This document shows, piece by piece, positions 28,918 through 37,316 of a stretch of 37,316 nt of DNA. Numbering within the stretch: the stretch's first letter is position 1; each line of letters opens with the position of its first letter. The stretch lies in IMG/VR virus record IMGVR_UViG_2537561977_000024. The stretch is one strand, 5' to 3'. The notes under the pieces are model-generated. The model did not search any database. It was given only the letters and a program-made list of their open reading frames with translations, and was not told where the DNA came from. This stretch comes from a virus (Duplodnaviria > Heunggongvirae > Uroviricota > Caudoviricetes). Position numbers and translations under genes: made by a program.

Positions 28918-29243
28918 GGGCTAGCCCTATACTTTGGTGTTAATGAAGAAAATATTCAAATAACTATACAAGGTTAAGGCTTTTAAACCGGCATAAGTGG
29001 CCATTACTTTTCGTTCGAAGTGGCGCTTCCGGTCTAACAAGCATCTAATAGGATTTTCGTATCTATCACAAATCCCAAAAGGTAATTTGCAGCCCATCAT
29101 ACGTAGCAAAACTAACGTTCGGTTAAATCTGAGCGGAAGTGAAAATAATGGTTACTGTATTTTACCCCATGACTAATGCCCCACTAAACTAGTTGTTCAA
29201 CGTTGCTGACGTCAGAAGCAAGTTCAGACGCCAGCAACGTTTC

Positions 29244-29477
29244 TTAATGCAGCCAGCTGTCGTCTTCCCACACCTTCTGCATAATTTTCATCACTTGTTT
29301 TCTTTCTTCGTCCAGTTGCAGTCCGGTCAGTTCCACACCATTAGAGCTACCTTTACGGATACGAATTACCGCTTTGGGATACAGGGGGCGCAGATTGCGG
29401 TAAAGCTCGGATTCAAGGGCGTCCAGGGTAGACTGGCTAATTTTCTGCTCTTTATCGATCATTATTTCAATGCGCAT
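29244..29477 (-). CDS. DinI-family protein (186 Tum C-domain-like)
   Basis: MRIEIMIDK...ALESEL...KIMQKVWEDDSWL parallels DinI; GAGGTGA SD before this Met; ORF track extends to 29549 without SD. Confidence 0.75.
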   Translation of the reverse strand: MRIEIMIDKEQKISQSTLDALESELYRNLRPLYPKAVIRIRKGSSNGVELTGLQLDEERKQVMKIMQKVWEDDSWLH

Positions 29478-29716
29478 AAAAGTCACCTCAACTGATGACA
29501 TCCATTGAGCGGCTGTATTCGTGGATTCTGATCTTTGCCATGAGTTCATCAGTCAATTCAGAAACCCACTGCAGGGCCAGCCCCTTCTCTTCATCACTAC
29601 ACTCACTAGCCGCTACAAGCTTAAGAAAAAATCAATGCGCTGGAGCTTCAAAGACTCCAAAAAATAGTCCTGCATTTTTCCTCCTATGACACCACAAGCA
29701 ACACTGTATGCATAAC

Positions 29717-29736
29717 CACTGTTTATATTTACAGTA
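29717..29736. promoter_or_regulatory. LexA box (SOS operator)
   Basis: CACTGTTTATATTTACAGTA, near-consensus CTGT-N8-ACAG, ~240 bp upstream of DinI-like gene. Confidence 0.65.
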
Positions 29737-29827
29737 TATAATAATCTTACTGATGTAAAACGTTTTTTACATTCATCAGCATGATATGCTTGGTATTATT
29801 AAGAGCACGAATTGTTAGCCCGCGGAA

Positions 29828-32242
29828 TTAATACAGGTTCCGCCACTTATCATCTTCCCGCAAACGCTGGTTCCGATAGAAGATACGCAGGCCTGCTCCT
29901 GACGGAATACTGCCGCCGCGAAGGAGTAAATCGACCTCTTTCTCGCTACCATCAAATCCTCTGGACTTCAGCTCATAGACGAGCTGCAGTCGCTGATGGT
30001 CTGTAATTCGCTGTTTGTAGTCTTTACGCCGTTTCGGTTTAACCAGGCGTAACCTTGCTGCCAGTTCCCGGCGCTCTTTTTTGCTCATACTGTGCAGGTA
30101 ATCGTGCAACTCATTGTCATCCATGCGAGTAATGTCCGTTCTAGTGTCCCCATCAGCTGATTTATCTTTCTCCTGTTGGTTCAAATTTTCAGCAAGGGGA
30201 CAGTTATTGCCACGAGTCCAAGGGGCGCAAGCGCCCTGGTCGGCTGCCGCCTCCTGAACGTCAACGGCTTTACGAACCATTTTCCACTTCACTGCATGAG
30301 TGCAGATCTTGCCCTCTGCAATAGGTGACCAGATGCCATAAATACGAATGCCGTGATCGCCATAGGCGGTCGGCTCTTCGTTGATTTCATAAGCGGTTCT
30401 GATGAGGTGATATTTACGGGGAACCAGTACGCCGCCCTGCTTCATGATGTAGGTGGCAAAACAACCAGCATCAGCAGCAGCCAGGATGGCATCAAGGCGC
30501 GGGTTATCCAGTACCGGCGCACCTGCTTTTTTGTCCCCCTGTTGCCTTGCCGCCTGACCAGCCAGCAATCGCAGTTCACGGTAAGCCTGACGCCCCGGAA
30601 TGCCAAAGAAGCGGAATTGCTGAACACGATGCAAAGACGCCCAGGCGTTCACGTATTCAGCGTTATCACGCAGAGATTTACCCGTTTCCTTGCTGATCTC
30701 GCCAGCCAGACCACGCCCGTCAATGTTCTTACTGATGTATTTCGCTATGTAGCTTGTCGGCGTTCCTTTGCGCGGGTTAATCAGCTCAGACTTAAAGCGC
30801 GGCCCCGTGTTATTGCCCAGCTCCTCGCGGTCTTCACGGATAGCAAACTTACGCAACAATGCAGTAATGGCGCGGCGGTCTTTTTTGCGCATGAAACACA
30901 ACAGGTGCCAGTGAACTGTGCCGTCGTGATGCGGCTCAGCCACCCGCACGCCATACCAGCGCAACCCGGCTTTGTGCATCGCCTTACGAAATGCAGCAAA
31001 CATACCGACCAGATAATCGCTGCTTTGTCTTACCGTCGCATTTGTCCAGGTCGGGTTGGGCCTGCCGTTATTTAGCGTGGAATGGAAACGTGACGGACAG
31101 GTGATGGTGTAGAAAACGGCGCAGTCACCGCGCATTTCCGCGATAAGCTCCAGACCTTTAACACAGGCCATCATCTCATTGCGGCGATGCGCAGGGTTGC
31201 TGCTGCTGGCGTTTACCACATCCTCCATGTCCAGCGTGTCGCCGTCTTCGTTCACCAGTTCATGAGAACGGAAAAACTCCAGCGACTTACGGCGCTGCTC
31301 ACGTTTATGCAACACGGCTTCATAGCTGACATAGGGAGATGCTTTTTTGCTGACAAGGCAGACAGCACGCAACTGCTCTTCCCGCCATTCGCAACGCATC
31401 TTCCATAATTTCCGATACCACCAGTCGGCGCACAACATACGCGCCAGCGAACCCGGAATGAGTTCATAGGGCACGGGTTTACGGCGGTTTCTTTTCCGAC
31501 GGAGTTGCTCAAACGCAGGCGGGATTACATCCAGACGCAGGGTTTCCGCTGCCACCCTTTCCCATGTATTGCGGATTTCTTCTGGCTTAACGTCATCGGT
31601 GGCATACAAATCGCCACAAGCGGCATCAAGGCACATACTCATATGCGCAGCTACCAGGGTGGACAGGCGTTTCACCTGATCCTGACTCATTTCAGGCAGG
31701 ATCAGCAGGCCGTCCAGCCCTTCATGGCTTGCCATAAAGCGAAAAGATGCAGATAGCTGACTGTCGCGTACATGCTCCAGTCGTTCCAGACATGGCTTAA
31801 TCGTCTCACGTAAATAGCGGGAATAAGCCTTTGGCCTGCCAAGGCTGCTGAAGTATTCAATACGTTGCATCAGCGGCTTGCTGATATGGGAAGGCTGGGC
31901 GTTGACGTCCGCCAGAATGACCATATCCGGATTAAAACGCTGCTGCTCATGCACCAGCTTTGCCCGACTAATGAGCTTATCCTGTTCCATTTCGCGCTGG
32001 ACAGGATCACGGGATTCATTAAAGAAATAACGCTCCCAGACCTGATCACTCAGCGCCTCACGGCGCAGCTGTTCCTGCTCGTTATCGGCAGCGTACAGAG
32101 TGATCAGGTTTGAAAGCGTAGAAACCGGCGCAACTTCCACCGGGTCCAGATAAGGGTTAATGGCCTTTTTCGGGCTGTTCCATGAGAACGATGCGGCAGC
32201 TTCGTTAAAGCCGCAGCAGTTGTTCATATCGGCATGACTCAT
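29828..32242 (-). CDS. A: rolling-circle replication initiator A
   Basis: 804-aa ORF in position of P2/186 gene A; start coupled to dam stop. Confidence 0.88.
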   Translation of the reverse strand: MSHADMNNCCGFNEAAASFSWNSPKKAINPYLDPVEVAPVSTLSNLITLYAADNEQEQLRREALSDQVWERYFFNESRDPVQREMEQDKLISRAKLVHEQQRFNPDMVILADVNAQPSHISKPLMQRIEYFSSLGRPKAYSRYLRETIKPCLERLEHVRDSQLSASFRFMASHEGLDGLLILPEMSQDQVKRLSTLVAAHMSMCLDAACGDLYATDDVKPEEIRNTWERVAAETLRLDVIPPAFEQLRRKRNRRKPVPYELIPGSLARMLCADWWYRKLWKMRCEWREEQLRAVCLVSKKASPYVSYEAVLHKREQRRKSLEFFRSHELVNEDGDTLDMEDVVNASSSNPAHRRNEMMACVKGLELIAEMRGDCAVFYTITCPSRFHSTLNNGRPNPTWTNATVRQSSDYLVGMFAAFRKAMHKAGLRWYGVRVAEPHHDGTVHWHLLCFMRKKDRRAITALLRKFAIREDREELGNNTGPRFKSELINPRKGTPTSYIAKYISKNIDGRGLAGEISKETGKSLRDNAEYVNAWASLHRVQQFRFFGIPGRQAYRELRLLAGQAARQQGDKKAGAPVLDNPRLDAILAAADAGCFATYIMKQGGVLVPRKYHLIRTAYEINEEPTAYGDHGIRIYGIWSPIAEGKICTHAVKWKMVRKAVDVQEAAADQGACAPWTRGNNCPLAENLNQQEKDKSADGDTRTDITRMDDNELHDYLHSMSKKERRELAARLRLVKPKRRKDYKQRITDHQRLQLVYELKSRGFDGSEKEVDLLLRGGSIPSGAGLRIFYRNQRLREDDKWRNLY

Positions 32243-33096
32243 GCACGTACTCCGTACACGGCAGAACTATCCACGCCACGCGAATAATCAAATCCCACCC
32301 AGCAGCGCGGCCCGGAAACAGCAATGATTTCTGTTGCTGATTTACCCTCGCCAGCTGCCACACCGATGCTGCGTTTTGCCTTGATGTAGTGGTGAGTAAA
32401 ATTGCGATACAGCGAACGGATCAGGGATGTGTCACTGTTAGAAACAATGACCGGATGTCCTTCTGATGACCGATGTTCAAGAACAGATGCCAGGTGATAC
32501 TGGTCATCTTCAGTGAAGCCGTCAGTGTGATAGCCGGAAAACGTACCGTCATACGGCGGATCGCAATACACCACATCCCCCGCCTTCAACATCGCCAGCG
32601 TTTCATCAAAGCTGGCGCAGATAAACGTTGCTCGCTGGGCCTTTTCTGCAAATGCGCGAATTTCTTTTTCAGGGAAATACGGATTTTTATAATTACCGTA
32701 GGGAATGTTGAAATGCCCGCTCTTGTTATAGCGACATAAACCACGGTAACCGTGACGATTGAGATACAGGAAATATACCGCTTTCATGAAATCAGTAATT
32801 TCAGTGGAGTAATTAAACTCCTGCCTTATGTTGTAATAAGCCACCTCCCTGTTTGCGATCTCAAATAAAACTCTGGCGCGAGATATAAACGATTCACAAT
32901 CAGCGGCAACCTTTTTATAGAGGTTGATTAAATCAGGATTAATATCCGCAACCAGATAGCTGGGGTAATCCGTCTCCATCATCACAGCACAGGAACCCGC
33001 GAAAGGTTCAACCAGTCGCGGGCCAGCAGGAAGGTGTTTTTTCAGTTCGGACATAATGGCGGTTTTATTTCCCGCCCATTTCAGGATAGTGCTCAT
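32239..33096 (-). CDS. dam: Dam-like N6-adenine DNA methyltransferase
   Basis: LKWAGNK N-terminus, FAGS, DPPY motifs align with E. coli Dam; start set at [11 protein letters not shown]. Confidence 0.85.
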   Translation of the reverse strand: MSTILKWAGNKTAIMSELKKHLPAGPRLVEPFAGSCAVMMETDYPSYLVADINPDLINLYKKVAADCESFISRARVLFEIANREVAYYNIRQEFNYSTEITDFMKAVYFLYLNRHGYRGLCRYNKSGHFNIPYGNYKNPYFPEKEIRAFAEKAQRATFICASFDETLAMLKAGDVVYCDPPYDGTFSGYHTDGFTEDDQYHLASVLEHRSSEGHPVIVSNSDTSLIRSLYRNFTHHYIKAKRSIGVAAGEGKSATEIIAVSGPRCWVGFDYSRGVDSSAVYGVRA

Positions 33097-33320
33097 ACAG
33101 CACCTCCGTTGTAATGTTTGCCTTTCAGCTCTGCGATTTCCTGGCAGGTAATGCAAAGCTGCACTCCCGGAATGGCGCGGCGTCGTGCTGGCGGAATTGG
33201 CGCTTCACATTCAATACAAAGCACGCGAGACACGCCCGGTGTTTTGGCACGGGCAGCACGAATATGGCGCTGGCGTTCTTCTTCAACGCGCTGCTGTACG
33301 AGATCCATTGCATCAGCCAT
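33093..33320 (-). CDS. TraR/DksA-family C4 zinc-finger protein
   Basis: CIECEAPIP...CITCQ four-Cys pattern in 75-aa ORF. Confidence 0.7.
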   Translation of the reverse strand: MADAMDLVQQRVEEERQRHIRAARAKTPGVSRVLCIECEAPIPPARRRAIPGVQLCITCQEIAELKGKHYNGGAV

Positions 33321-33559
33321 TAGTGGATCTCCTGCGCTTCGTTCTGGATTGCTTCAGCAGTTACACGCAGTAGTTCTGCCGCTTCGACGTGGTTTAGCTG
33401 GCGGGATGTGATATGACACGCCAGGCTATCAAGGCGAGCTGCCATTGCTTCTGCCCTTGCCCGGCGTTCTTCCAGACGAGCCTCTGTCAGTAAAATATTA
33501 AGCCCTACGTCATCCGGTCCGGTTTTAGTCGTGAGGGTTTCAATATTACGCATAATCAA
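33320..33559 (-). CDS. hypothetical early-operon protein
   Basis: 79-aa ORF, stop overlaps next start (TAATG). Confidence 0.45.
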   Translation of the reverse strand: MIMRNIETLTTKTGPDDVGLNILLTEARLEERRARAEAMAARLDSLACHITSRQLNHVEAAELLRVTAEAIQNEAQEIH

Positions 33560-33620
33560 TTCTCCTGAATTTAGATAAAGGGATGCCCGGCGGGTTTACG
33601 CCATTAATTTCATTAGTTGG

Positions 33621-33962
33621 TTAATTCGGCATGGTTAGCCGTCTGGGAAATAAGCTCACCACTGCACGAAAATGATTCATTGCTTTAATCAGCTCCCGCT
33701 TTTCGTCAGTGGTCAGCTCATTAATGCTGATGCTATGACGTTCAGCTGGAATTTTTGCCATAAAGAATATGGCAGCCAGTGCCCGTTTATTTTGTTCATT
33801 ATTGATATCCCGTGGATCACGCATATCTTTAATAAACCGCTCAAGCTCTGACTCAATATTCAGGCCAAAAACTTTCGCCCTTAACTCCGCAATGTGATTA
33901 AGTCCATTCAGGCGTTCACCGGGGCTTAATGGAACAGTTGCTGCAGCGCCATTAATTGCCAT
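33621..33962 (-). CDS. hypothetical early-operon protein
   Basis: 113-aa ORF in early operon. Confidence 0.45.
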   Translation of the reverse strand: MAINGAAATVPLSPGERLNGLNHIAELRAKVFGLNIESELERFIKDMRDPRDINNEQNKRALAAIFFMAKIPAERHSISINELTTDEKRELIKAMNHFRAVVSLFPRRLTMPN

Positions 33963-33984
33963 ACTTCATATCCCCCAAACGCAG

Positions 33985-34209
33985 CTATCGTTCTTTGTTC
34001 TTACGGTAACGCTCAAGAGGAGATACATTTTTTCGTATCGTCTCTTTAACCTGCTCTCCCCGTAAAAACGTCCCATCCTTTAACGTGAAAAAGTAACTGC
34101 CATCGCCCGACAATGACGGATAGCAACAGAGCAAATCATCTTCAGGTACTGAATAACTCTCCCCTCTGTAACGAAACTGATAAACCACTTCACTTTCTGC
34201 CGCATACAT
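33985..34209 (-). CDS. hypothetical small early protein (fil/dhr position)
   Basis: 74-aa ORF; overlaps alternative-frame ORF 34080..34409, so assignment uncertain. Confidence 0.3.
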   Translation of the reverse strand: MYAAESEVVYQFRYRGESYSVPEDDLLCCYPSLSGDGSYFFTLKDGTFLRGEQVKETIRKNVSPLERYRKNKER

Positions 34210-34383
34210 TTGGACTTTCTCCGTTTCCTCGTGGTCAATTCAGACAGCAATTCATCTTGTGAATGACATGGATGCCAGCGTTTTCCATCCTCACCCGTGA
34301 TCCAGCCGTGACCGTAGTGCATTGCCGGACTTTGTTTTACCAGCAGCGATGCAAATGATGGTTCTTTCGTAAGCATAAGCACC

Positions 34384-34902
34384 TCACAGCAAACCGAATG
34401 AAGCACCAAGACCAGTCATGGTATCAACTGCACTCGCCATCGCAGGATTAGCCTGTAAACGGGCCTGCAATGAAACAGCAGCCAGCGCCATCAGTCGTGT
34501 AACAGAGTTAATGCTGCTGATCGCATCACGACGGCCTGCACTGGTTTTTACATCGCCAGAAACCGCACCTGCCGCGACACGTCCTATCTCTGCAGTTGCA
34601 CTCATGACGTAATGCGGCAGTTTCTCTTTTGCTACCTCATTAATCGGTACACATGGCAGGCAGTGAATCTGTGCCAGAAAACCATCTACCAGCGTTGAAT
34701 CTTCAGTCAGATCGGTAAGCAACCAAATTTCTGGTGCGGTTAATAAATGAGGTTGAGCTGGGTTCAGTTTGTTCCGCAGAATCTGCACATTCATGCCTGC
34801 ACGTTCTGCCAGTTGCACCAGATTGTGGCGCAGTGCGAATGCACGACAGGCTTCATCAAAATGTGGATGTTTGGAAACTTGGTAATCAAACATGGTTTTC
34901 AA
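34384..34902 (-). CDS. cII: 186 CII-like lysogeny establishment activator
   Basis: 172-aa ORF with [24 protein letters not shown], second gene of rightward early operon. Confidence 0.6.
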   Translation of the reverse strand: MKTMFDYQVSKHPHFDEACRAFALRHNLVQLAERAGMNVQILRNKLNPAQPHLLTAPEIWLLTDLTEDSTLVDGFLAQIHCLPCVPINEVAKEKLPHYVMSATAEIGRVAAGAVSGDVKTSAGRRDAISSINSVTRLMALAAVSLQARLQANPAMASAVDTMTGLGASFGLL

Positions 34903-34957
34903 CTCCGAACTTATCGCAAAATCGAACTCAGCGTCTTATTGCGAAAATAGACGTCTA

Positions 34958-35161
34958 TTAAGCAGACAAAGCATCAACAGTCAGAACAGCCAGGTTAATC
35001 ATTACCTTTTCACGTTTTTTGTCTTTACGAAGACGATGACGAGGTAGTCGGCCATCAGCCAACATGTCGTTAATCGTATCAATAGAAAGGCCAGTCAGTT
35101 CGCTATAACGTTCGATTGTGACATGTGGTGTATTCAGAGTAATTGAAATGTTAGGTGTCAT
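34958..35161 (-). CDS. apl: Apl/Cox-type excisionase-repressor
   Basis: 67-aa HTH protein, first gene divergent from cI. Confidence 0.6.
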   Translation of the reverse strand: MTPNISITLNTPHVTIERYSELTGLSIDTINDMLADGRLPRHRLRKDKKREKVMINLAVLTVDALSA

Positions 35162-35306
35162 AAGGCAACATTCCTTCTAGATATGGCTTGTGGCGAGCCG
35201 TTGTTTGTCGTGATTAGTAGTGAAGGCTCCAAAAGAACACTTCCGGTTCAACTTTAAGATCGCTTTTGGAATCTATCAACGAATTTTGGATTTCTTTGGA
35301 GGACTT

Positions 35307-35876
35307 GTGGATTTCAATAGCGGCGGTAAGAAAGCCATAGAACGTTTAGTTGAAGCATATGGGTTCGGTACCCGTCAGGCTCTCTGTGATCATTTAGGTG
35401 TTTCTAAGAGCACCATGGCAACGCGCTATATGCGTGATATTTTTCCAGCAGATTGGGTAATCCAGTGCGCCCTTGAAACGGGCACCTCGCTTAATTGGCT
35501 AACAACAGGGCATGGTTCAAAGCAAGCATCAGCAAATACAAATACTATGGAAGTTGCTAAATATGTATTATCTGATGGGGCCTTATGTGAAGACGGTTTT
35601 TATATTTTCGATAGGGAATTTCTACCGTCGGCATTCAAGAATATTTTTGCAATCACAGATAATAATTCTGAATTTATTTGTGATAAGGAATTTGATGATA
35701 TACGTGATGGTAAATGGGTAATAAGTATTGATGGCGAAATAACGATCCGTGACATTACTCGTTTACCCGGTGGAAGAATCTTCGTCGAGGGTGGAAACAG
35801 AGCCTTCGAATGCAAGATAGAAGACATTGAAATAATTGGTAAAATTATAAGTTTAACAGTCAAGTATGTTAAATAG
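35307..35876 (+). CDS. cI: 186 CI-like immunity repressor
   Basis: [10 protein letters not shown]...[15 protein letters not shown] matches 186 CI pattern; start ambiguous (ORF opens at GTG 35220; GTG 35307 with GGAGGA SD gives 186-like length). Confidence 0.7.
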   Translation: MDFNSGGKKAIERLVEAYGFGTRQALCDHLGVSKSTMATRYMRDIFPADWVIQCALETGTSLNWLTTGHGSKQASANTNTMEVAKYVLSDGALCEDGFYIFDREFLPSAFKNIFAITDNNSEFICDKEFDDIRDGKWVISIDGEITIRDITRLPGGRIFVEGGNRAFECKIEDIEIIGKIISLTVKYVK

Positions 35877-35892
35877 TACCGGGAGGAAAACT

Positions 35893-36084
35893 ATGCTTGG
35901 TAAGGTATTTTTTGTGGTTTTGTCATGTTCTTTGTTATTAAACCCACTAACTACCTATGCTAGAAATTATCCCTGTTCAGGGAAAAAGGGAGGTGTTTCT
36001 CACTGTACCTCAGATGGCAAATTTGTTTGCAATGATGGAACTATTAGTAAATCCAAAAAAATCTGTACTAAAAACTCACGATAA
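35893..36084 (+). CDS. small secreted cysteine-rich protein (putative lysogenic conversion gene)
   Basis: GGGAGG SD, 23-aa signal peptide [23 protein letters not shown], ~40-aa mature part with 4 Cys and many Lys. Confidence 0.5.
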   Translation: MLGKVFFVVLSCSLLLNPLTTYARNYPCSGKKGGVSHCTSDGKFVCNDGTISKSKKICTKNSR

Positions 36085-36272
36085 CTTTTGCTTTTATATC
36101 TGCGCCTAAAATAAAAATGAGCCGCAGGTTAACCGCAAAAATTACATGCTCACATAGCAAAAAGAATAGCCAACTTAATTATGGCTTCAGTGAGATGTAT
36201 GGTCGTAGGATTTCATACATTGACACTGGTTATACATACAGTGAAAATGCTCTCTACTGGAGGGCATTTTTT

Positions 36273-37316
36273 ATGGCAGTACGAAAACTAACCACAGGGA
36301 AATGGCTTTGCGAATGTTACCCCGCCGGACGCAGCGGGCGTCGCGTGCGTAAACAGTTCGCTACCAAAGGCGAAGCATTAGCTTTTGAGCGTCACACGAT
36401 GGAGGAGGCAGAAGCTAAGCCTTGGCTTGGTGAATCGGTAGACCGTCGAACTCTACAGGATATCGTTGAACTCTGGTTCAAACTGCACGGCAAATCCCTG
36501 ACCGCTGGCGAGCATGTTTACGACAAGTTGATACTGATGGTCGATGCTCTCGGAAATCCCCTCGCCACCGATCTAACATCCAAAATGTTCGCGCACTATC
36601 GCGATAAGCGCCTGACGGGTGAAATCTACTTCAGCGAAAAATGGAAGAAAGGAGCCAGCCCGGTAACTATCAATCTGGAGCAAAGCTATCTGAGTGGGGT
36701 CTTTAGCGAGTTAGCCCGACTCGGTGAATGGACAGCACCAAATCCACTGGAGAACATGCGTAAATTCACCATTGCCGAAAAAGAAATGGCCTGGCTGACA
36801 CATGAACAAATCACAGAGCTTCTGTTCGACTGTCAACGCCAAAGCCCCCTGCTCGCTCTTGTCGTCAAAATCTGCTTGAGCACCGGAGCACGTTGGCGCG
36901 AAGCTGTGAACCTGACACGTTCTCAGGTCACGAAATACCGAATCACATTTGTCAGAACTAAGGGCAAAAAAAACCGCAGCATTCCGATCAGCAAAGAGCT
37001 GTATGAGGAAATTGTTGCCCTAGACGGCTTCAAATTATTTACTGACTGCTACTTCCAGTTTTTAGCCGTGATGGATAGAACCTCGATCGTACTACCACGC
37101 GGGCAACTTACCCACGTTCTACGCCATACGTTCGCAGCACATTTTATGATGTCCGGCGGGAACATTCTTGCTTTGCAAAAAATCCTGGGCCACCACGATA
37201 TAAAAATGACTATGCGCTATGCACATCTTGCCCCTGATCACCTTGAAACAGCACTGCGTTTCAATCCATTAGCCACACTTTCCACTAAAGCAACGAACCT
37301 TGAAGCAAACAGCTAA
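36273..37316 (+). CDS. int: P2/186-family tyrosine integrase
   Basis: ARW, HxLRH and RY catalytic motifs; start set at MAVRKL with GGAGGG SD. Confidence 0.9.
   Translation: MAVRKLTTGKWLCECYPAGRSGRRVRKQFATKGEALAFERHTMEEAEAKPWLGESVDRRTLQDIVELWFKLHGKSLTAGEHVYDKLILMVDALGNPLATDLTSKMFAHYRDKRLTGEIYFSEKWKKGASPVTINLEQSYLSGVFSELARLGEWTAPNPLENMRKFTIAEKEMAWLTHEQITELLFDCQRQSPLLALVVKICLSTGARWREAVNLTRSQVTKYRITFVRTKGKKNRSIPISKELYEEIVALDGFKLFTDCYFQFLAVMDRTSIVLPRGQLTHVLRHTFAAHFMMSGGNILALQKILGHHDIKMTMRYAHLAPDHLETALRFNPLATLSTKATNLEANS

Noticed and set aside
28927-29109. 60-aa minus-strand ORF
   Set aside because: Sits on the displaced 3' end of the IS-interrupted gene; no start context.
29495-29689. 64-aa plus-strand ORF in the DinI leader
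   Set aside because: Antisense to the DinI-like gene start and leader; more likely non-coding.
30353-31075. 240-aa plus-strand ORF
   Set aside because: Lies entirely inside replication gene A on the opposite strand.
34080-34409. 109-aa ORF overlapping cII end and the 74-aa ORF
   Set aside because: Cannot decide which overlapping frame is real; could be two small genes or one gene with a frame error. Reported only the 74-aa ORF at low confidence.
36117-36272. N-terminal extension of the integrase ORF
   Set aside because: No SD at 36117, whereas GGAGGG precedes the Met at 36273, which gives a P2-int-like length.
1-37316. CRISPR arrays, tRNA or rRNA genes
   Set aside because: No arrays of regularly spaced direct repeats and no tRNA-like structures were seen by eye. 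A dedicated tRNA or CRISPR scan would be needed to be certain.

Overview
The first ~2.7 kb is E. coli-type chromosome (grxA, ybjM, ybjL). From ~2.8 kb to the window end lies an almost complete P2-like prophage in inverted orientation: ogr, tail genes D-U-T-E/E'-FII-FI, a Gin/Pin-type invertase with an invertible tail-fibre segment, H-I-J-W-V-S-R, the lysis cassette, capsid/terminase genes L-M-N-O, and P-Q on the opposite strand. The early/immunity region is phage 186-like (A, Dam methylase, TraR-like zinc finger, cII, apl, cI, int). Between portal gene Q and replication gene A is a ~4.9 kb AT-richer cargo island. It carries the most interesting candidate: a split HipA-like kinase (HipT-like core) coupled to a protein with a HipS-like N-domain fused to a HIRAN domain. 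The island also holds a cos-like site, an unknown gene whose 3' end is interrupted by an IS10-like element with an intact target-site duplication, and a LexA-box plus DinI-like (186 Tum-like) SOS module. Capsid scaffold gene O carries a single-base frameshift in a homopolymer, so the prophage may be defective or the sequence may contain an error. All calls rest on reading the sequence and on family signatures recalled from memory; no database search was run.
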